64,000 bases of DNA, taken from assembly GCA_965363355.1 (NCBI GenBank), contig CBDTTM010000001.1, positions 5,495 through 69,494 of the forward strand. The letters are read 5' to 3'. Position numbers and translations under genes: made by a program. The notes below the pieces were generated by a model, which worked only from the letters and a program-made list of their open reading frames with translations, searched no databases and had not been told where the DNA came from. The stretch comes from an uncultured Selenomonadaceae bacterium (GTDB lineage: Bacteria > Bacillota > Negativicutes > Selenomonadales > Selenomonadaceae). Of this stretch, positions 30,487-39,097 are shown piece after piece. Every line of letters begins with the position of its first letter. Within the stretch, counting starts at the first letter, position 1.

Positions 30487-32119
30487 CGCTATATGGTATA
30501 TTTACATAGAATGTGGTTCCTTGGTTTATTTGGGATTCAAAAGCAATAGTGCCTTTATATCGATTTAGGATCTGTTTTGTCTGATAGAGTCCGATTCCAC
30601 GGTTCTTGCTTTTAGTAGAATACGCATTTTGGTAAATGTGTAAAATATTCTCTTGTGGAATGCCAATTCCTGTATCATTTACCATAATTTTAATTTGTTC
30701 ATCTGTTTGAGAAATTTCTAATTCGACCTTTTTGTTTTGACTATTTTCTACAGATTCGACAGCATTGTTCAAAAGGCTGCCAAGAATCGTTATGACATCG
30801 TGGATAATTGGTGCATCTAGCATGTTTGGTAAAAAGCAGTTTTCGGTAAGTTTCATTTCAACACCAGCTTCATGAGCCCAGCTGAGTTTGCCTAGAAGAA
30901 AACCAGCGAGTACGGGATCTTTTATATTTTTAATGATGGCGCCGGTTTCTGATTGGTATTTGTAAGCGATTTGACGAATATATTCTTGTAGTTGGTCATA
31001 GCATTGCAGTTGGATCATTCCGAGTACAACGTGCATTTTATTCATGAATTCATGGGTCTGGGCACGTAGTGCTTCGGCATAAGTGCTGACATCCATGAGT
31101 TTTTCGGCAAGTTTTTGCAACTCGCTCTTATCACGGAAAGTAGCTACGACGCCGACGATTTCATTGTTTACATAAATAGGGACTCTGTTCGTCAATATGG
31201 TGATGCCGTTTAAGTCTTGTTCTTGATCGAGCTCGGCTATGCCGCTTTCTAGTACTTGGACCATTCGGCTGTTCGGGACGAAATCATCGACTTTTTCACC
31301 GATACCGTCGCCCTTGATGCCAGCTTCGGCGAATAAACGTCTTGCCGCCGGATTTATGGTTTGGATTCTTGTATCTTTGTCGATGGCGAACGAACCTTCG
31401 CGGATAGCTGTCAATATGGCATTTCTTTCTTCAAGCAATCTAGCCACGGCGAAGGGTTCAAGACCGAACGTCGATTTTTTGATGTGTTTTGCCATAAAGC
31501 CGGCAAAAATAAGGCCAGTCAATAAGCCGCAAATACTGCCATATAAGATGGGGAGTTTGTTTTCTGTAGCATTGCCTTCGGCAGTATCGAGCATGATGCC
31601 GACTAAGACAACTCCGATTTGTTCTTGTTTTTTGTTATAGATCGGAATGAATTTTCGCATGGATTCTCCGAGCGAACCTTTTGATACAGAGGATATTTCC
31701 TTGCCATGAAAAGCATCATCGGCATCGGTGTTATCGTAATAGGTATCAATCATTGCTGCATCGGGATGAGAATAGCGTTTACCGTCCATGCCAAGCACGA
31801 CGACAAAACGGATTTCATCGATTTCAGAAATGTTGTCAGCGAATTGTTGTATTTTTTCAGGCGGTATTTTACCGGAAAGACCATCGATTACAATAGGGGA
31901 ATCTGCTACCATGTGAGCGATATCATCTGCCTTTATGTATAAGTGCTGATATGTGTTTTCATGGACTTTACTGCTGATTAAAAAATCGGTGATAAGAAGC
32001 GATACGCTGATGATGATAAAGGTGAGGAGAACAAAGTTGTGTTCTAGAGAAAAAAAATTTTTTGTTGTTTTGATAAAAAACACCTTCAATCTATGAATAT
32101 AAATAAATTTTAGGGACAA
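30476..32119 (-). CDS. sensor histidine kinase, CitA/DcuS family
   Basis: TM, extracytoplasmic sensor domain, TM, PAS, SpoOB-type phosphoacceptor (AQTHEFMNKMHVVLGMIQL), then HATPase (NAVES...DTGIGIP...GIGL). TTG start; the exact start is uncertain. Confidence 0.85.
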   Translation of the reverse strand: MSLKFIYIHRLKVFFIKTTKNFFSLEHNFVLLTFIIISVSLLITDFLISSKVHENTYQHLYIKADDIAHMVADSPIVIDGLSGKIPPEKIQQFADNISEIDEIRFVVVLGMDGKRYSHPDAAMIDTYYDNTDADDAFHGKEISSVSKGSLGESMRKFIPIYNKKQEQIGVVLVGIMLDTAEGNATENKLPILYGSICGLLTGLIFAGFMAKHIKKSTFGLEPFAVARLLEERNAILTAIREGSFAIDKDTRIQTINPAARRLFAEAGIKGDGIGEKVDDFVPNSRMVQVLESGIAELDQEQDLNGITILTNRVPIYVNNEIVGVVATFRDKSELQKLAEKLMDVSTYAEALRAQTHEFMNKMHVVLGMIQLQCYDQLQEYIRQIAYKYQSETGAIIKNIKDPVLAGFLLGKLSWAHEAGVEMKLTENCFLPNMLDAPIIHDVITILGSLLNNAVESVENSQNKKVELEISQTDEQIKIMVNDTGIGIPQENILHIYQNAYSTKSKNRGIGLYQTKQILNRYKGTIAFESQINQGTTFYVNIPYSDGK

Positions 32120-32204
32120 TCAAAAGTATAGAATATATGGGATATTTATTACAATATTCCATATATTCTATACTATATCCTGCTTATTCATAATAGATAA
32201 AAAC

Positions 32205-32238
32205 AGGGAAAGGTGCAGAATGTACTGCACCTTTCCCT
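32205..32238. terminator. hairpin terminator at the end of the decarboxylase/transporter operon
   Basis: Hairpin agggaaaggtgcag-aatgta-ctgcacctttccct with T-rich flanks. Confidence 0.55.
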
Positions 32239-32252
32239 ATTTTAAGCAAATT

Positions 32253-32795
32253 TTAATTATTTTGCAGATTTGCAAGAATGGTATTTTTGTCTGTTTGATT
32301 TATTTTACCAGGTAAATTTTTGGTCAGTTCTGCCAAAAAATTTGCATCGGGTTTAAAATAAATTCGTTCATTTTCTATCTTTTTTGTATTTTTGCTGACG
32401 GTGTAGGCAATGGTCCAAACCTTTCGGTTATCAAGTCCACTGTGGAAGCGGAAGGTTCGTCTGAAATGCATGATGCCGATTAATTTTGGTTCATAGGGAT
32501 AAATTCCTTGGATTTGAGAAAATTCTATTGTTGATGTCTTCATATTCCAAAGATTTTTTTGTGTGAATTTAAGCAGTTTTCCAGAGCATTCACATATATA
32601 TTTTCCTTGTATGCGTTTTATCAGTGAAAAAAGGAAGACGATATCTATGCCGATTCCAAGTGGCTGGAATTTGTGCAATTTGAAAATTTCCATCAGATTC
32701 AAAAGCAGTAGTCCGGCAAAAAAAAGTATAGCCAGAGTGAAAAAAATACGGTTTTTGGAATTTATTTCTGATTCTGTCGATAAAAATTTTGCCAT
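32253..32795 (-). CDS. hypothetical two-TM membrane protein, visibly AT-rich
   Basis: 180 aa with two hydrophobic helices (aa ~17-60), then a ~110-aa basic soluble domain. I recognise no motif. Confidence 0.4.
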   Translation of the reverse strand: MAKFLSTESEINSKNRIFFTLAILFFAGLLLLNLMEIFKLHKFQPLGIGIDIVFLFSLIKRIQGKYICECSGKLLKFTQKNLWNMKTSTIEFSQIQGIYPYEPKLIGIMHFRRTFRFHSGLDNRKVWTIAYTVSKNTKKIENERIYFKPDANFLAELTKNLPGKINQTDKNTILANLQNN

Positions 32796-32832
32796 AGGAT
32801 CGTCTCCTTATATTCACGAAGATAGAGATTTT

Positions 32833-34209
32833 TTATACGTTTAGCAGGCCAAAGAAAATATAGCAAAGGATAGCACCGACAACGCACATGGAGAAGCCCC
32901 AAATCAAAAGTTGACGGAATAATTTACTCTTATCTTCTTTATCCGAAGCACAAGCGATACACATTGCGCCAAACAGCGAGAGCGGTGAGGTATCAACTAG
33001 ATGTGAGCCGACATCGATCGAAGAGATCATGGCGATGGCGCTGCCGCCGCCAAGCTGTTCGACCAAACCTGGAACAAGTGGCAAGAACATCGGCATGACG
33101 ACACCAGAAGAGCTTGAAAACGATGAAATAAATCCGCTGGTAAGCGCTAAGACACCATTGATGCTTGTTGGGTTTGAAACTGTAGCAATCATGCCAACGA
33201 GTGCGTCTAGTCCACCGGCTTTGTCCATGACGTCGATGAGGACACCCATGCCGCCTACCATGATGATGACGGACCACGGAACAGCCTTGATGGCTTCTTT
33301 GCTGTCACCTACGTTCAAGATCAGAAGAAGTGAAGAAAGCATAAAGGCGATTGCCCCGACATTGGTAACCTTTCCATTACCTAAAAAGTCCATGATTGTC
33401 GGAGTAAAGAAGCTTTTTGTTAAAGAAAGGCTTGGTAAAATGACTAAGAGAACAAGGATACCGATAGCTCCGAGGGTCATCCATTGTTTTTTGTCAAAAG
33501 GTTCTGGCTTTGGTGCGATATCATCGATGTTGAGTGTGGAAGCACGTTGATTCCGTATCCAAGCCCAGCCGCCGAAAATCATGAAGCCGCCGATATTGGC
33601 AAATAGTTGGGCAATTTCAGAGTTGAGATGGATTTTCCAGGCCAAGAGGCTTAAATCGCCCATATGCTGACCGAGGCTTTCAAGTTCAGGAGTCATTTTG
33701 GCAATGAAAGAATTGGAGATGATGCCGCTTGGCGCGATTGGTGAAAATGCAGCTCCGTTAGCGGCACCGACGACAAGTAATGTCATCAAGAAGGCTTTCA
33801 TGCCGATGCGTTCCGATATGGACATGACGACTGGCGCCATTAAGGTAACGGTTGCGATATTGCCAGGGCCGATGGTTGTTATGATGGTGATCAAAGCGAA
33901 GATGATCAAAGGAATCAGGGCTGTGTTTCCTTTGGCCAGCCGTATGGCATTAGCCGTAAGCTTTTCCATGGTTCCGTTTGTTGTGGCGATTCCAAAGAGA
34001 AAGGTTACACCTGTAAGTACCATAAATAAATCAACTGGCCAGGCTTGCATGATTTTTACAGCAGAAAGGTTAGCGAAAAAGGCACCTATGCCGATCGCAA
34101 AAGAAATGGCAATAATCCCTACATTGAGATCTTCATTGATCATGGATATAGCAACTACAATGAGTATGCCAGCCAATGAAGCGATTGCGGCAGATGATAA
34201 TCCTAGCAT
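32833..34209 (-). CDS. polytopic anion permease of the ion-transporter superfamily (DASS/CitMHS/ArsB/DcuC-like); putative carboxylate carrier
   Basis: 458 aa, about 12 TM segments, internal two-fold repeat with a central hydrophilic loop. Family assigned by general appearance and context only. Confidence 0.5.
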   Translation of the reverse strand: MLGLSSAAIASLAGILIVVAISMINEDLNVGIIAISFAIGIGAFFANLSAVKIMQAWPVDLFMVLTGVTFLFGIATTNGTMEKLTANAIRLAKGNTALIPLIIFALITIITTIGPGNIATVTLMAPVVMSISERIGMKAFLMTLLVVGAANGAAFSPIAPSGIISNSFIAKMTPELESLGQHMGDLSLLAWKIHLNSEIAQLFANIGGFMIFGGWAWIRNQRASTLNIDDIAPKPEPFDKKQWMTLGAIGILVLLVILPSLSLTKSFFTPTIMDFLGNGKVTNVGAIAFMLSSLLLILNVGDSKEAIKAVPWSVIIMVGGMGVLIDVMDKAGGLDALVGMIATVSNPTSINGVLALTSGFISSFSSSSGVVMPMFLPLVPGLVEQLGGGSAIAMISSIDVGSHLVDTSPLSLFGAMCIACASDKEDKSKLFRQLLIWGFSMCVVGAILCYIFFGLLNV

Positions 34210-34257
34210 AAAAGATTCCCCCTCGAATTTATCGTATATCCCAAGGAAGCCAATACA

Positions 34258-34404
34258 TCAATCATCGTCTTCTTCGCCGGCTGCATCTGCTGGAAAAGCT
34301 TTGCGAAGAAGGACGGTTGCACCGATGAAAATTGCGATTACAAAAAACATGGTTGGCAGGGCAATACACATCATAGTGACTGCTTTTACAAATGCTCCAT
34401 CCAT
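34258..34404 (-). CDS. OadG-like small single-TM subunit of the Na+-decarboxylase (absent from the ORF track)
   Basis: Hand translation gives MDGAFVKAVTMMCIALPTMFFVIAIFIGATVLLRKAFPADAAGEEDDD (48 aa). RBS gtgaggtg. Lies between the beta-subunit and permease genes. Confidence 0.55.
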   Translation of the reverse strand: MDGAFVKAVTMMCIALPTMFFVIAIFIGATVLLRKAFPADAAGEEDDD

Positions 34405-34422
34405 TTTTGACACCTCACTTTT

Positions 34423-35580
34423 TTATTTTGCCAAGGCTGGAATAAGTGCTAAGACAAGACCACCGGCGACGACAGAAGCAATCTGACCGGCAACATTGAC
34501 TCCGATGGCATGCTGGATGATAAAGTTTGAAGGATCTTCTTTAAGTGCCATTTTGGCAATGACTCTTCCAGACATAGGAAATGCAGAAATTCCGCAAGCA
34601 CCGATCATCGGATTTATTTTTTCGGATCTGAGCAGGTTGAGTAATTTTGCAAACAATACGCCGCCAGCTGTATCAAAAACAAAAGCGACTGCGCCGAGAG
34701 CCATGATCATAGCTACCTGTACGGTGAGAAAATTTTCACCTGACATCGTACCACCTATCGTGATGCCGAGAAGTAATGTAACTAGGTTGGAAAGCTCATT
34801 TTCAGCAGCACTCGAAAGATTGTCGACAACGCCAGAAACTTTGAGGATGTTGCCAAACATCAAGCTGCCGATCAATGCCACGGAAATCGGAGCAACAATG
34901 CCAGCGATGAGGACAACCATCAAGGGAAAGAGGAAAATCGTGGTTTTAGATAGAGGTTCATCTTCTGAGTAGCCCATTTTTATTTTGCGTTCCGCTTGGG
35001 TCGTCAAGGCTTTGATGACAGGCGGCTGTATAATCGGAACTAAAGACATGTAAGAATAAGCGGCAACGGATAATGGCCCTAAAAGATCTTGAGCAAAACG
35101 GCTGGCAACGTAAATAGTCGTCGGGCCGTCGGCTGCGCCAATAATGCCGATGGATGCAGCGTTTTCAAAGGAAAAACCCATCAAAGCTGCTAATACGGCG
35201 GTGCCGAAGATACCTACCTGAGCAGCTGCGGCAAAGAGCATGACGATCGGGCGCCGTATCAGGGGCGTAAAATCGCACATGGCTCCAATGGCAATGAAGA
35301 TCAATACGGGAAATAATTCGTTGGCTATGCCGGCCTTATAAAGGACCCATAAAAATCCTTCTTCGCCGACTGCTTGTGAAATAGCAGATGAATAAGGGAT
35401 GTTTGCCAGTAATGCACCGAATCCGATCGGCAGCAGCAAGTTTGGTTCATAGTCACGTTTTACCGCCAGGTAAATCAGTAAAAAGCTGATGCCCCACATG
35501 ACGATGTTTTTCCATGTCAGGCCGATGAAGCCCATAAGTAATTCGTCTAACCAAGGGTATTGCAACATTAAAGATTCCAT
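34423..35580 (-). CDS. Na+-translocating decarboxylase beta subunit (OadB/MmdB/GcdB family)
   Basis: 385 aa, polytopic, with the length and sequence character of the OadB/MmdB family. Confidence 0.85.
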   Translation of the reverse strand: MESLMLQYPWLDELLMGFIGLTWKNIVMWGISFLLIYLAVKRDYEPNLLLPIGFGALLANIPYSSAISQAVGEEGFLWVLYKAGIANELFPVLIFIAIGAMCDFTPLIRRPIVMLFAAAAQVGIFGTAVLAALMGFSFENAASIGIIGAADGPTTIYVASRFAQDLLGPLSVAAYSYMSLVPIIQPPVIKALTTQAERKIKMGYSEDEPLSKTTIFLFPLMVVLIAGIVAPISVALIGSLMFGNILKVSGVVDNLSSAAENELSNLVTLLLGITIGGTMSGENFLTVQVAMIMALGAVAFVFDTAGGVLFAKLLNLLRSEKINPMIGACGISAFPMSGRVIAKMALKEDPSNFIIQHAIGVNVAGQIASVVAGGLVLALIPALAK

Positions 35581-35642
35581 TAAGCATGCCTCCTCATATG
35601 TTTATAAATAACTGCAGCAGCCGTAGTTTTGGCTGTTGCAGG

Positions 35643-36038
35643 TCAAACACTCAATAAAATAAGGATTTGTCCGGGTTTGACACTGTCACCAGCTTGAACA
35701 TTGACCGATTTTATGGTGCCATTTACAGGTGAGGCGATTTCATTCATCATTTTCATTGCCTCTAAAATCAAAAGCAAGTCGCCCGTATGGACGGTATCAC
35801 CAGCTTTTACATTGATTTTATTGACTTTTCCTGGCATAGGAGCTGATATTTTTGTATCTCCATCACTAATTGTTGGTGTTGGTTCGATAATGCTTTCTTT
35901 GGAAACTGAAACTGGCATGGCAACTGAAGGTGCTGGAATGGATTTTTTTGCTAGCGGAGAAGCGCTTTCGCCGGTCTTTTCGACTTCTACGGCATAAGCT
36001 GTTCCGTTTATGGTAACTGTCAGATTCATTTTATTCAT
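35643..36038 (-). CDS. biotin carboxyl carrier subunit (MmdC/GcdC-like)
   Basis: Biotinylation motif LILEAMKMMNEI. Ala/Pro-rich linker. Start trimmed to the ATG at 36038 behind ggaggt. Confidence 0.85.
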   Translation of the reverse strand: MNKMNLTVTINGTAYAVEVEKTGESASPLAKKSIPAPSVAMPVSVSKESIIEPTPTISDGDTKISAPMPGKVNKINVKAGDTVHTGDLLLILEAMKMMNEIASPVNGTIKSVNVQAGDSVKPGQILILLSV

Positions 36039-36064
36039 AGATGATACCTCCACTTCAAATTGGG

Positions 36065-36322
36065 CTAAATCTTGTAGGAATCCATTAGTTTTTGGCGCCC
36101 GCATAATTGCCATTCTTTACTGACTCGCGTTATTTTAAATGCGAGTCCAGGATTTTCAGCTGAAAACATCGCATAGGCTGCAGCGGTTATGATTGCTGCA
36201 GTCTCTGGAGAAACACCGAAGGTATCAGCTGTTCCAGTCTCTAACTTTTGTGTGGATTCAAGCGTTTCTTTTTTTGATTTTTTTTCTTTTTTATGGCCAA
36301 ATAACGATGCAAAAAATCCCAT
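36065..36322 (-). CDS. small decarboxylase-associated subunit (MmdD/MmdE/OadG-C-terminal-like)
   Basis: 85 aa from the ATG at 36322 (RBS aggagg). The motif AAIITAAAYAMF...ITRVSKEWQLCGRQKLM resembles C-terminal segments of OadG-family proteins. Confidence 0.45.
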   Translation of the reverse strand: MGFFASLFGHKKEKKSKKETLESTQKLETGTADTFGVSPETAAIITAAAYAMFSAENPGLAFKITRVSKEWQLCGRQKLMDSYKI

Positions 36323-36355
36323 GGTGATCACCTCCTTTACAAAACATAAAGTATT

Positions 36356-37798
36356 TTAAAATGGGATATTTCCGTGCTTTTTATGTGGACGAGATTCCCG
36401 TTTTGTCATCAGCATAGTTAAGGCCTGGATAATGTGGATACGCGTTTCAACAGGGTCTATAATTTGGTCAGTACAGGTAAAAATAGGCTTTTGCATATCT
36501 ATATGGGACAAAGATTTTTCTGGTATATGGTTTTTTTCTGCCTTTTGGCGGAAGAGGACAGCGGCTGAGCCAGCTGGTTCTTTTATTGCGATCTTAGCGC
36601 TCGGCCAAGCGAGTACGAGGTCTGCTCCAAGTTCTTTTGAACACAGTGCAAGATACGCAGCTCCATAAGCTTTGCGAATCAGCAGGCTGATTTTGGGCAC
36701 AGTGGCTTCTGCATAGGAATAGAGGATTTTGGTGCTGTGCCGGATAATGCCTTTATATTCTTGGCTTGTGTCTGGCAAAAATCCGGGAACATCAATGAAG
36801 GTTATTAAAGGCAAGTTGAATGCGTCGCAAAAACGGATAAAACGCGAAGCCTTGTCAGAAGAATTTATATCGAGGCAGCCGCCGATGGTCAAAGGCTGAT
36901 TGGCGATGATTCCTACGGATTGGCCATTGAAGCGAGCAAACCCGGTAATTAAGTTGCGGGCGTATAAAGACTGGACTTCATAGAATTGTTGGTCGTCGGC
37001 GGTAAGCTCAACCAAGTGCTTCATATCATAAGGGGAATCAATATTATCCGGCAGCACAGAATCAAGTTCTGGAATCAAGCGCATCGCAGAATCTTTTGTT
37101 GGTTTAATTGGTACATCTTCGAGATTATTGCTTGGTAAAAAACTTAAGAGCCGACGGATTTGGCAGATGCTGTCTGAGGGTGTAAGTGAGGAAAAATGAG
37201 CTGAGCCGGAACTTGTGTTGTGAGTGATCGCTCCACCTAGTTGTTCGGACGTTATCGTCTCACCAGTAATCGCTTTGATTGAAGCGGGTGAAGTCAAGAA
37301 CATGCTGCTTGCATCTTGCACCATATAGATGAAATCTGTAAGAGCGGGGGCGTAAACAGCACTGCCAGTACAAGAATTCAAGATAACCGATATTTGTGGA
37401 ACGACACCTGAGGCAAGTATGTGTTGATAAAGAAGTTTGCCATAGCCATTCATATTGTTGGCTGTTTTGTCGCTGGGAATATCGTTTAGCTTATTGATGC
37501 CGATGATTGGACAACGGGCCTTAAGGGCCATAGTAAATAGTTTACAGAGATTTTCGGTGTAGGATTCATCAAATACACTGTCTTCTACTGTGCAGTCTTG
37601 CGCATAGGCAAAAACAAGGCGATTTTCTATATTGCCATAGCCGGCAGCAAGACCAATAGGTGTTGCCGTGAAGTTTACGAAAGTTCCTTGATCAAAAAGC
37701 AGCTCCAAATACGTACTTGGGCAGCCTTCTTTTTTAGAAAGTGTTTCTTCAATACGTCGTACGGTCGTTTGCAAGAGCGGCACCTCCTGTGCGTGCAC
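36356..37798 (-). CDS. carboxyltransferase of the acyl-CoA carboxylase beta / MmdA / 12S family, with a degenerate N-domain
   Basis: Canonical C-terminal half (GIIANQP, CLDINSSDKASRFIRFCDAFNLPLITFIDVPGFLP, KKHGNIPF). N-domain glycine motifs are replaced (see findings). Confidence 0.8.
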   Translation of the reverse strand: MHAQEVPLLQTTVRRIEETLSKKEGCPSTYLELLFDQGTFVNFTATPIGLAAGYGNIENRLVFAYAQDCTVEDSVFDESYTENLCKLFTMALKARCPIIGINKLNDIPSDKTANNMNGYGKLLYQHILASGVVPQISVILNSCTGSAVYAPALTDFIYMVQDASSMFLTSPASIKAITGETITSEQLGGAITHNTSSGSAHFSSLTPSDSICQIRRLLSFLPSNNLEDVPIKPTKDSAMRLIPELDSVLPDNIDSPYDMKHLVELTADDQQFYEVQSLYARNLITGFARFNGQSVGIIANQPLTIGGCLDINSSDKASRFIRFCDAFNLPLITFIDVPGFLPDTSQEYKGIIRHSTKILYSYAEATVPKISLLIRKAYGAAYLALCSKELGADLVLAWPSAKIAIKEPAGSAAVLFRQKAEKNHIPEKSLSHIDMQKPIFTCTDQIIDPVETRIHIIQALTMLMTKRESRPHKKHGNIPF

Positions 37799-38033
37799 TT
37801 TCTGAACTTTTCTTATATCTAATTTACTGCTTAATTCATAAAAAGTCAGTATTTTATAAGTTTTTAAACTATTTTGTAATTAAAGTTACTGAGAAAAATA
37901 AAAAGAAGAAAATCCCTTTGTTTCTTTGGTAAAAATAGCAGGAAAAATAACAGGTACTAGAGAATGGATTGGCTGATAGGGGTATCTGCCCTTATTTAGA
38001 AAATCATATATTTTTTAATATGGGGGCGATGCT

Positions 38034-39026
38034 ATGCATTTTTATTGTGAAAAATGTAAAAAAGAATATCCGATGGATACCCTGGCTTACAAATGCATTT
38101 GTGGAGGCTTATTTCGTTTATTTAAACGCTTTGATGAAGTAGTGCCGACTAAAGTTTCGTTGGGAGAAGTAAGGACTCCGTTATTGCCGATACATGTTGA
38201 TAAAATCGATTTTTTATTGAAAATGGAGCATTTGCAGCCAACTGGATCTTTTAAAGATCGAGGCGCATTTATGTTGATAAATGAACTCAAAAATTTGGGC
38301 GTCAAAGAAATCGTCGAAGATTCTGCGGGCAATGCAGCAGCGGCGATTGCAGCCTATGCAGCGGCGGCTGGTATAGATTGTCTGATTTATCTACCGGAAA
38401 AGACCTCACCGGCGAAAATCCGGCAAATCGAGTCGACTGGTGCAACGATCAAAAAAGTAAGAGGTGATCGTGATAAGACGGCTCAGCTGGTGCAGAAAGC
38501 GGCAAAGGAAAGATATTACGCATCACATGTCTACAATCCACTTTTTTTTGAGGGAATGAAATCAATGGCACAGGAAATATATGAGCAGCTTGGTCAACAG
38601 GTTCCGGAATATATTTTTATGCCGGTGGGAAATGGAACTATGCTGCTTGGGCTTTATTATGGTTTTGAGGAAATCGGTCGTCTGCCGAAGTTCGTCGCTG
38701 TCCAAAGCTGCACTTGCCAACCGCTTTGTCATGCATTGCATAAAAAGGCAGGCAAAGATTCGGGGGAGACTATAGCAGAATCTATACGCGTAGGAAATCC
38801 GGCAAGGCTTGATGAAATGCTGCAGGCAATAAAAAATAGTAGAGGGGACGCTGTTACAGTCACCGATGAGGAAATCATGGCAGCAGCAAAAATACTTGGA
38901 AAAAATGGAATATATACAGAAATTAGTTCAGCGGCAGCCTTGGCTGGAGCCAAAAAATTCTTCAAGGATGGCAAGCCGGATAATTATAAGGTTGTCATAC
39001 CGCTTACCGGTCATGGCTTGAAATAA
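38034..39026 (+). CDS. PLP-dependent enzyme of the threonine synthase family with N-terminal zinc ribbon
   Basis: CEKCKKEY...CICGG zinc ribbon. PLP-lysine motif PTGSFKDRGA. 330 aa. Confidence 0.7.
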   Translation: MHFYCEKCKKEYPMDTLAYKCICGGLFRLFKRFDEVVPTKVSLGEVRTPLLPIHVDKIDFLLKMEHLQPTGSFKDRGAFMLINELKNLGVKEIVEDSAGNAAAAIAAYAAAAGIDCLIYLPEKTSPAKIRQIESTGATIKKVRGDRDKTAQLVQKAAKERYYASHVYNPLFFEGMKSMAQEIYEQLGQQVPEYIFMPVGNGTMLLGLYYGFEEIGRLPKFVAVQSCTCQPLCHALHKKAGKDSGETIAESIRVGNPARLDEMLQAIKNSRGDAVTVTDEEIMAAAKILGKNGIYTEISSAAALAGAKKFFKDGKPDNYKVVIPLTGHGLK

Positions 39027-39097
39027 AAAAATCGTGGGATTTTCTGCCATAATGAACTATAATTAAATCTTGTTCAGTATGACAGGAGGTTTTTTTT

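Noticed and set aside
33698-34486. 262-aa ORF antisense to the anion permease and the OadG-like ORF
   Set aside because: It mirrors a membrane-protein gene. The product is an Ala/Met/Ile/Pro-rich string with no RBS or motif. The sense-strand genes are far better supported.
37799-38033. Regulatory RNA in the divergent spacer between the carboxyltransferase and ThrC-like genes
   Set aside because: I could not identify a conserved riboswitch core or a convincing terminator/antiterminator pair by eye. Left unannotated.
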